Shown one piece after another: positions 40,659 through 46,943 of a stretch of 64,000 bases of DNA. Position numbers and translations under genes: made by a program. The notes beneath the pieces were generated by a model that was given only the letters and a program-made list of their open reading frames with translations, did no database searches and had not been told where the DNA came from. The stretch lies in the sequence record NC_019929.1; one strand, written 5' to 3'. Positions within the stretch are counted from its first letter, which is position 1, and every line of letters starts with the position of its first letter.

Positions 40659-40688
40659 GGGTGCCTTCGGGTGCCCTTTTATTTTTTT
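40659..40688 (+). terminator. Intrinsic terminator (UUCG loop)
   Basis: GGGTGCC-TTCG-GGTGCCC then TTTTATTTTTTT. Confidence 0.7.
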
Positions 40689-41089
40689 GCCCTGCTCACT
40701 TTTTAACCAATGTTTGTACACTTTTTAACCAGCGCCAAAAAGCCCCCTGAAAAGCTCTCTGAGGAGATTTACTCTGACCCGGTACGTTTGGGTGCCTGCC
40801 CCCCTTTCGTCGCTGTGACGTGGCTTACAGGACGCGTGCGCCCCATCCCCGGTTCGCCGAGCCGACCGCCGCGACGATCAAAATATCATGTACGCTTCGC
40901 GTTGGAATGGATTGGGAGACTGGATCGATTTGTAATTCGCATCTCTGCGAATTACCTTCGAGTGCTTTTCCTGGCTTACTGCCTATCCGGCCCTTAAGGC
41001 CGGGATTATTTAAAAATTTCCTTTTTAAATTAGTGACTTACGTCACTCATTGATTTCAGGTTTTGATCTTCGGCGGATCTCTTTCATTA

Positions 41090-41240
41090 TACGCGCGTAC
41101 GCGCACACCCGTATCCTCCAGGATCTTTTAATATATATATATTTATTATTAATATCTTTAGATATTATTAAATATATTAAAATATATTAATATCTTTAGA
41201 TATATTTAAAAGATCTTAAAACGCGTGGGTGCGCGCGTGA
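41090..41240. repeat. AT-rich element with 19-bp direct repeat flanked by CGCG-rich arms (origin candidate)
   Basis: ~90 bp almost purely A/T; TATTAATATCTTTAGATAT at 41147..41165 and 41185..41203; flanks ACGCGCGTACGCGCACACCC and ACGCGTGGGTGCGCGCGT. Confidence 0.55.
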
Positions 41241-42156
41241 TCCTTATTACGAGATCGTGATCGGGGGGAGGGGAGGAATTATTTTTTACAAGACTTCCCA
41301 GTAGTGTGACAAGTTGACCCCGATGGCATTACGGGAAAGCCACTCTCGACCGAGGATGAGTCTCAGTGTAGCGTGTGTGCGAAATGGGAGTGGCGCTTTT
41401 TCAACGAACGAATCTTACAGGCTGGTAGGATGGAAGGGGAAACCTAGCGACCCTCAGAGTCGCAAACTGCTGTGTGTTGGCTCCGCCCCTGGGGTAAAAC
41501 CTCGGGGCGATTTTTTTTTCTCCCGAAATCGAATTACGAGTTTGTTTAGTTATATGCGAATAGTTTCCTCGAACGTCACTGCTTGGGGATAGCTGATTTT
41601 CTGCGGATGCAGAGCTCCACCCTGGTCTTCACCAGCCAGGGTGCTTTTTCGAGAATTCCTATCGTGGGAGCCCTCGAAAAAGCAAATCGCTCAGCCTAAC
41701 ACTGTTGGTTTGTTTAGTATGTTCGGCAAAAAGTGTTTCGCGACACTTCGAACGGGTGGTTCCGAGCGGGGAAACTTTGAACCACCCACCCATTCAGGTA
41801 TCGGCTTTTTGCAATCGGCCTTTGGTCGTGATGCATGACGCTTTCACCGTCACACATGTGCCGGTACCGTGGCAGCTCCAGATGCGGGACTTCGAGTATA
41901 CGCCGTTGAACTTACCTCCGGTAGTCCTCGTCGTTCCCGCCCTGGGGTGCGGCCAATCCGAATTCGGCGTTGCGTCGATAGGGGTCTGCGTGTAGAACCG
42001 CAGGCTTGGGGTTACTCCCGAAGGAGAGTGGTCCATATCTTGGCGGCTCGGGAAGACGAGAGGGGTGGATGTCCTCGTTGGGAAACGACGATGTCTGGCT
42101 GAATAAAATTTACAGGTTAGCCGTTGGGTATGTTAAACAACCCACGGAGAACTGCA

Positions 42157-42666
42157 ATGACCACAATCGCTTACGACGGGAAAACCCTCGCGGGTGATTC
42201 CCAAACGACACAAGGCGACATCCGCCTGTCGATGCACGCTGTGAAAATCTTCACCCCCCAACCAGGTGAGTCCTGGGCGGTGAACGGGGAGAAAGCGGTT
42301 TCGTTTGGTGTGGCTGGATGTCTTCAAGGCAACAACGCACTGCGTGAAGCGCTGAACAGTTGCATGAAGGGCTACCAGGGTCTGACCGGAAGCACACGAT
42401 TCCCAAAAGGGATTGTGATTAGTTATCTGGTTGTGACCGAGCATGGTAACGTCTACGCCGGTGGTCAATACGAGAACGACGAGATGCCTTGGCTGACCAA
42501 AGTCGCTGCACCCATTGCGGTGGGTAGCGGGGCAGAGTTCGCCATTGGTGCGATGGCCGCAGGCGCATCCGCTGGTGACGCAGTTAGTATTGCGGCACGG
42601 TTCGATGTAAACACTGGTGGCGAGATTCGGGAGATTAGCCATGAAGCTCTTTCACGTCACGCGTGA
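42157..42666 (+). CDS. HslV/proteasome-beta-like Ntn peptidase
   Basis: ATG42157 after GGAG gives M-TTIAYDG..LAGDS (N-terminal Thr); GSG..FAIGAM...A..AV.IA..FDVNTGG C-terminal motif. Confidence 0.75.
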   Translation: MTTIAYDGKTLAGDSQTTQGDIRLSMHAVKIFTPQPGESWAVNGEKAVSFGVAGCLQGNNALREALNSCMKGYQGLTGSTRFPKGIVISYLVVTEHGNVYAGGQYENDEMPWLTKVAAPIAVGSGAEFAIGAMAAGASAGDAVSIAARFDVNTGGEIREISHEALSRHA

Positions 42667-43018
42667 CTCGTATGTTTTATCTGGCGTGGTGGCAACCGCG
42701 ATTATCTGCGCGGAATCCCACGAAGCAGCAGTCAGACATTGGCCTAAGGTCGACCGTCAGATGCAGCTCGAGGTTGTTGAGTTAGCACCCGCACCAGAAA
42801 ACCAGTTACCGGGTGTCGTGTTGACAACCCAGTTCTGGGGACAGGGTAAACCGGGTTCATTGGCCTCGCGTCATCCGGAAGCAAAGATTTTCATCATCGA
42901 GTTTGAACGTACGGCAACGACCGCGCTTAAAGTCACAGACTGGAAAGACCACAGAGGTCCCCATCCGGATTTTGAGGGTGGCGATATTGACCCGCAAACG
43001 TTAAGCCCGGCGTTTTAG
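42641..43018 (+). CDS. hypothetical protein
   Basis: ATG42641 after GGGAG, overlapping the peptidase 3' end. Confidence 0.7.
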   Translation: MKLFHVTRDSYVLSGVVATAIICAESHEAAVRHWPKVDRQMQLEVVELAPAPENQLPGVVLTTQFWGQGKPGSLASRHPEAKIFIIEFERTATTALKVTDWKDHRGPHPDFEGGDIDPQTLSPAF

Positions 43019-43024
43019 TATTCT

Positions 43025-43100
43025 AGGGGCATAGCTCAGCTGGCAGAGCACCGGTCTCCAAAACCGGGTGTCCAAGGTTCGAATCCTTGTGCCCCTGCCA
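43025..43100 (+). tRNA. trnW: tRNA-Trp (CCA)
   Basis: AGGGGCA/TGCCCCT acceptor, CCGGT-CTCCAAA-ACCGG anticodon arm, TTCGAAT T-loop, encoded CCA. Confidence 0.95.
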
Positions 43101-43174
43101 AATTTAGCCTGCAAGTTCAGTTCTATCCAAAAGCCAATCTGTCCACTACGGACGCTGCTGATTTGGAGAACACC

Positions 43175-43429
43175 ATGAACTTGTATTTGTTAGAAAGACT
43201 AGACCGTGTGGATTACGACGAGTTTGATTCCATAGTCGTGGCTGCCCCTAACCGGGGTGCCGCGCGCGCAACACGTCCCAGATACGGTCATTGGGCTGGC
43301 TCTTGCTATTGTGACGACGATGTACCGTGTACTTGTGGCTGCGATGACGGCGTACGCCTGAGCGTCACTTGTATCGGTCGTACTGACTTACCGGCAGGAG
43401 TTATCCACGAGTCGTTCTGTGCAGGCTGA
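43175..43429 (+). CDS. Small Cys/Asp-rich hypothetical protein
   Basis: ATG43175 after GGAG; contains CYCDDDVPCTCGCDDG. Confidence 0.7.
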   Translation: MNLYLLERLDRVDYDEFDSIVVAAPNRGAARATRPRYGHWAGSCYCDDDVPCTCGCDDGVRLSVTCIGRTDLPAGVIHESFCAG

Positions 43430-43458
43430 ATACGGTGGGCTTCGGCCCACCACACTTT

Positions 43459-43534
43459 GGGGCGATGGCTCGAGCGGTAAGGCGAGTGATTGCAAATCAC
43501 TTTTAGGCCGGTTCAAATCCGGCTCGTCCCTCCA
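43459..43534 (+). tRNA. trnC: tRNA-Cys (GCA)
   Basis: GGGGCGA/TCGTCCC acceptor, AGTGA-TTGCAAA-TCACT arm, U73 and CCA. Confidence 0.95.
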
Positions 43535-43569
43535 ATTTTTTTCTGAATTCCTGTAGGAACTCAAATCGG

Positions 43570-43737
43570 ATGAAAGCCAAACTTCGTAATTTTGCGTTGC
43601 TGGTTTTCCTGGTGTTGGCCGTATTGTTCTACCTGGCTAAGAATTTTGTGATGCTCGCCGTTGACGTCGCAATAATTCTGATGGTCTTGTGGGTGCTACG
43701 GTCACTCGCTAAACGGGCTTTCCGTCGGAAGGCTTAG
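43570..43737 (+). CDS. 55-aa two-TM membrane protein
   Basis: Hand-translated MKAKLRNFALLVFLVLAVLFYLAKNFVMLAVDVAIILMVLWVLRSLAKRAFRRKA; basic ends, hydrophobic core; not in the ORF track. Confidence 0.65.
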   Translation: MKAKLRNFALLVFLVLAVLFYLAKNFVMLAVDVAIILMVLWVLRSLAKRAFRRKA

Positions 43738-43800
43738 CGAACAGCGGAAACTCCGCTCTGTTGTATCAAACCCTGATATTCACCAGTAGGATAATAAAAC

Positions 43801-44631
43801 ATGAAAAAGCTTTTGGTAGGTTTGTTGGCAATCCTGGCGTTCTCCGCTCACGCTACTGATGTTACCATTACGACGGGCCAGCAAGGTCTGACGTACAACG
43901 CCACGTACGGCGTGAATCTTGCCAGTGCTCTGAATGAGTTCGGCAACAAGTCCACTGTGGTACCGTCGAAAGGTTCCCTGGACAACCTGGACAAAGTTGC
44001 TGCCGGTTCTGCGCAGATTGGTTTTACCCAGGCAGACGCTTTCCAGTTCTGGCGCTCACAGCATCCGAACGAAGCACAGAACGTAGACATCGTTGGCCAG
44101 CTGGGTGACGAGTGTGTCTTCGTGGCTGTCAAGAAAGAAGGTAAGGTTGGCGGTGAAGCCGATCTGAAAGAAGGCATTAAGATTGCGGTCGGTGAACCCG
44201 ACTCTGGTTCTTACGCCAGTTGGCAATACCTGCAAGGTTTGGTGAAGCAATACGCAAAAGCTGAAACCTACGCGAAAGGCGGTATCCGTTCTCTGTCCAA
44301 AGTGGCCACGGGTGAATACGACGCGTTCATGTGGGTAAGCGCACCGGGCAAGAATAACAAATTCCTCGAAGCAGTTAACCAGGATAGCTCTGGTCTGAAA
44401 CTCATCGACATGAACAACTGGAACGTCAACGATAAACTGCCTAACGGGCAAGCAGTCTACGAGAAGAAGTCTGCTAAAGTTGATAACTCTGCGTGGTTCG
44501 GTGGTGATGTGAAAGTGCCGTGCACCAAAACGTTGGTGGTTGCTAATACCGACGCCGGTGACGAACTGCTGGAAGCCGTTTCTACTATCCTCCTCAAGAA
44601 TGCTCCACGCATCATGGGGACGGGTAAGTAA
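43801..44631 (+). CDS. TAXI-family-like periplasmic solute-binding protein
   Basis: Sec signal peptide (MKK...AFSAHA), SKGSLDNLDKVAAGSAQIGFTQAD and IAVGEPDSGS motifs. Confidence 0.75.
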   Translation: MKKLLVGLLAILAFSAHATDVTITTGQQGLTYNATYGVNLASALNEFGNKSTVVPSKGSLDNLDKVAAGSAQIGFTQADAFQFWRSQHPNEAQNVDIVGQLGDECVFVAVKKEGKVGGEADLKEGIKIAVGEPDSGSYASWQYLQGLVKQYAKAETYAKGGIRSLSKVATGEYDAFMWVSAPGKNNKFLEAVNQDSSGLKLIDMNNWNVNDKLPNGQAVYEKKSAKVDNSAWFGGDVKVPCTKTLVVANTDAGDELLEAVSTILLKNAPRIMGTGK

Positions 44632-44649
44632 GTGCTGACGTGTAAAGGG

Positions 44650-45215
44650 CACTGGCTGGGCTGATAACCCCGCCGGGACGGTTTCATCTGAGGGGTTGGG
44701 TGAAGTGAAGAAACGTGGCACACCAATAAGTCCACGTTAACCGGATTGCATAAAGCACTACCTGCGGGTAGGCAATCCTGCCGTCTAACATTATTCGGTG
44801 ATTAAACATGGAAGAGTTGTTCAGAGCGTTTCTGTACCGAATGGGTACCTGGTTGAAAGACCTCAAGCTCTGGAAGCTCGATTGCTATTGGTTATCAGGA
44901 TGTGGGACTGAACGCCATAAACCTGTTTTAGGACGAGAGTCCTCAACCCAGGCGAAGTCCGTTACGGACGAAGGTCAAGCACCGGCCCATTAAGCCGACT
45001 CGCTGACATAGGCAACCTTCACCCCACAATCTGAATGTAACTGATGGGATTGAGTTCCCAGTGTGAAAGAGTAGCAGTGTGCTACTGAGTTCCTCCCTGG
45101 GACTGCTGAGCAGCGAGGGAATAGGGCCAAGAAGAAAGTAAGTAGGGTTGGTGCTTGGAGGCGCTAAGACCGGGGGATACCCTGGCTCAGAAGAAGAAGT
45201 CCATCAACCTCACTT
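44650..45215 (+). ncRNA. Candidate large structured non-coding RNA
   Basis: ~560-nt gap with no convincing gene; nested long-range pairings and many hairpins (see findings). Confidence 0.45.
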
Positions 45216-45218
45216 AAT

Positions 45219-45294
45219 GCGAGTATAGCTCAGCTGGTAGAGCTTCTGGTTCCCAACCAGACGGTCGTGAGTTCGAATCTCATTGCTCGCTCCA
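45219..45294 (+). tRNA. trnG: tRNA-Gly (CCC)
   Basis: GCGAGTA/TGCTCGC acceptor, TCTGG-TTCCCAA-CCAGA arm, CCA. Confidence 0.95.
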
Positions 45295-45403
45295 ACAAAA
45301 TCAATGACTTATAGCGATTTCCCCATTTCGCTACAAGACAACCTAAGTATATGTAAAACAACCAAGACGTGTGCGAATTCGAAGTTGAGTTCTCAGACGT
45401 ATT

Positions 45404-45489
45404 GGCGCGGTACTCAAGTGGTCAACGAGAGCAGACTGTAAATCTGTTGCCTTCGGGCTTCGTAGGTTCAAATCCTTCCCTCGCCACCA
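45404..45489 (+). tRNA. trnY: tRNA-Tyr (GTA)
   Basis: GCAGA-CTGTAAA-TCTGT arm, long variable arm with UUCG, CCA; C:U mismatch in acceptor and U:U in T stem. Confidence 0.9.
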
Positions 45490-45495
45490 ATATTT

Positions 45496-45570
45496 GTTCC
45501 TGTCGTCTAGTGGTAAGGACACCTGGTTTTCAACCAGGCAACCGGAGTTCAATTCTCCGCAGGAACGCCA
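45496..45570 (+). tRNA. trnE: tRNA-Glu (TTC)
   Basis: GTTCCTG/CAGGAAC acceptor, CCTGG-TTTTCAA-CCAGG arm, CCA. Confidence 0.95.
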
Positions 45571-45575
45571 AACAA

Positions 45576-45722
45576 TGACACTGACCCTCGCCGCCATTGA
45601 GCAGCTTAGAGGTCTGGCAGCCAATAAAGGCATCCGTAAGTAACCGTAGCCTTCGGGCGTAGATGGTGAAAGCCGCCAAGTGCAGCCTTAGAACTCCGTG
45701 GGATTCGGAGGAGTGTCACCCA
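45576..45722 (+). ncRNA. 147-nt tRNA-shaped RNA with extended anticodon-position arm
   Basis: TGACACT/AGTGTCA terminal stem plus C-CCA end; T-like arm CTCCG-TGGGATT-CGGAG; 64-nt arm closed by TGGCAGC/GCCGCCA. Confidence 0.6.
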
Positions 45723-45726
45723 TTTT

Positions 45727-45804
45727 AGGATTGTAGCTCAGTTGGTCTAGAGTGCCGCCCTGTCACGGCGGAGGTCGCGGGTTCGAGCCCCGTCAGTCCT
45801 GCCA
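45727..45804 (+). tRNA. trnD: tRNA-Asp (GTC)
   Basis: CCGCC-CTGTCAC-GGCGG arm, CCA. Confidence 0.95.
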
Positions 45805-45813
45805 TTTTTAAAT

Positions 45814-45889
45814 TGCGTCTTAGCTCAGTTGGTAGAGCGCACCCCTGATAAGGGTGAGGTCACTGGTTCAAGTCCAGTAGATGCAACCA
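45814..45889 (+). tRNA. trnI: tRNA-Ile (GAT)
   Basis: CACCC-CTGATAA-GGGTG arm, CCA. Confidence 0.95.
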
Positions 45890-45895
45890 GTATTC

Positions 45896-45971
45896 GGTTC
45901 TGTAGCTTAGCTGGTAGAGCACGCCACTCATAATGGCGCGGTCGTTGGTTCGAATCCAGCCAGAACCACCA
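45896..45971 (+). tRNA. tRNA with CAT anticodon (Ile2-like or elongator Met)
   Basis: GGTTCTG/CAGAACC acceptor (G1-C72, so not initiator), CGCCA-CTCATAA-TGGCG arm, A73, CCA; resembles enterobacterial tRNA-Ile2. Confidence 0.9.
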
Positions 45972-45978
45972 TTTCAAC

Positions 45979-46056
45979 GGTGTATGTAGTTCAGCTGGTT
46001 AGAATACTGGCTTGTGACGTCAGTGGTCGAGAGTTCGAGTCTCTCCATACACCCCA
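45979..46056 (+). tRNA. trnH: tRNA-His (GTG)
   Basis: G-1:C73 8-bp acceptor GGTGTATG/CATACACC, CTGGC-TTGTGAC-GTCAG arm, CCA. Confidence 0.95.
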
Positions 46057-46061
46057 ATTCT

Positions 46062-46151
46062 GGAGAATTGTCCGAGAGGCTTAAAGAGCTCCCCTGCTAA
46101 GGGAGTGGTGGCGAAAGCTGCCCGTGTGTTCGAATCACACATTCTCCGCCA
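46062..46151 (+). tRNA. trnS: tRNA-Ser (GCT)
   Basis: CTCCC-CTGCTAA-GGGAG arm, long variable arm, G73, CCA. Confidence 0.95.
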
Positions 46152-46157
46152 AACAAT

Positions 46158-46277
46158 AGTCGCCTAGCTCAAGATTAGAGCACACCTTACGACCAATACT
46201 GACCAACACGCACCGCGGTGCAATAATGGCGGTGGCGTGATGTGCGGTTACCGGTTCAAGTCCGGTGGTGACTTCCC
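46158..46277 (+). ncRNA. tRNA-like RNA with 62-nt anticodon arm (no anticodon loop)
   Basis: Canonical acceptor AGTCGCC/GGTGACT, D arm GCTC/GAGC and T arm ACCGG-TTCAAGT-CCGGT; anticodon arm expanded (46183..46244); ends TCCC. Confidence 0.7.
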
Positions 46278-46283
46278 TATAAT

Positions 46284-46348
46284 GGCTACTCCCGGTCGGT
46301 CTGGGGTCGTCTGTAAAGACGAGGATGGTTCAAATCCGTCAGTGGCAA
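46284..46348 (+). ncRNA. Compact degenerate tRNA-Tyr-like element
   Basis: GCTACT/AGTGGC stem, CCCGG/CTGGG arm, TCGTC-TGTAAA-GACGA arm, GATGG-TTCAAAT-CCGTC T arm; 1-nt variable region, no CCA. Confidence 0.45.
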
Positions 46349-46349
46349 G

Positions 46350-46421
46350 AGCGATGCTGTTAAGATGGTTAACACCCGACTCATAATCGGATATTCGCAG
46401 GTTCGATTCCTGTCATCGTTC
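46350..46421 (+). tRNA. trnM: Atypical tRNA-Met (CAT)
   Basis: AGCGATG/CATCGTT acceptor, GTTA/TAAC D stem, CCCGA-CTCATAA-TCGGA arm with C:A mismatch, GCAGG-TTCGATT-CCTGT T arm; CCA not encoded. Confidence 0.75.
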
Positions 46422-46431
46422 GCCCTATTTT

Positions 46432-46508
46432 GGTTCCATAGCTCAGTTGGTTAGAGCGGCTGCCTGTTAAGCAGTAGGTCCCTGGTTCGAGTCCAGGTGG
46501 TACCGCCA
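46432..46508 (+). tRNA. trnN: tRNA-Asn (GTT)
   Basis: GCTGC-CTGTTAA-GCAGT arm, G73, CCA; U:U mismatch in acceptor. Confidence 0.95.
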
Positions 46509-46803
46509 CATTTGTGTTGCCCTAGTCCCGAAGACGTTCCGGAAAAACCTATTCATGGTCGGGGGTAACACGAACACATTCGCTGTCTTGCATCCTTTAC
46601 GTTAGTCTCCAGACGCGTTTCGGGGCGCGGGACGGTGAACCCCTTTCTGGTTGCATTTCCATTTTCATGAACCCTGCCTGGTGTGTTGGTGTTTATGTAA
46701 CCAGAATCAATTAGCCCATGCCGATGTGCTATTGTCTTCCGAACGCGACCCGCGTTCTGCCCAGGAAGACGCCTGCTGTAGTTTCAATGCCAGTACCAGG
46801 GAA

Positions 46804-46846
46804 GCACCTACTCTTCGGAGTAGGTGCAATCTCTTTTTATTTTTTT
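46804..46846 (+). terminator. Terminator of the tRNA transcript (UUCG loop)
   Basis: GCACCTACTC-TTCG-GAGTAGGTGC then T-rich tract. Confidence 0.8.
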
Positions 46847-46876
46847 GCATTCAAAAATATCACAGATATATTTTAC
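46847..46876 (+). promoter_or_regulatory. Putative phage (early) promoter motif, copy 2
   Basis: GCATTCAAAAATATCACAGATATATTTTAC, matching 24017..24046. Confidence 0.55.
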
Positions 46877-46943
46877 CTATTGGAGATGAGAAAACCTTAT
46901 CTCCAAGCGACCCATTCGACTATAGCCTTAAAGGAGTTATACC

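Noticed and set aside
44808-44993. 61-aa ORF inside the candidate ncRNA
   Set aside because: No recognisable RBS or motif, and it overlaps several predicted helices. Not excluded, but not supportable.
44650-45215. RNase P RNA, tmRNA or hammerhead identity for the large non-coding element
   Set aside because: GAAGAAGTCC (near 45192) resembles the RNase P GAGGAAAGUCC motif but lies at the 3' end, and CGGCTTA occurs only on the opposite strand. There are no tmRNA tRNA-like termini. CTGATGG at 45041 lacks the CUGAUGA/GAAA core.
45343-45633. ORFs 45343..45633 (-) and 45369..45578 (+)
   Set aside because: They overlap tRNA-Tyr and tRNA-Glu and are spurious.
46284-46348. Pyrrolysine or amber-suppressor tRNA
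   Set aside because: The compact shape is reminiscent of tRNA-Pyl, but the loop reads GTA, not CTA. No stop-codon readthrough pattern is seen in the window's genes.
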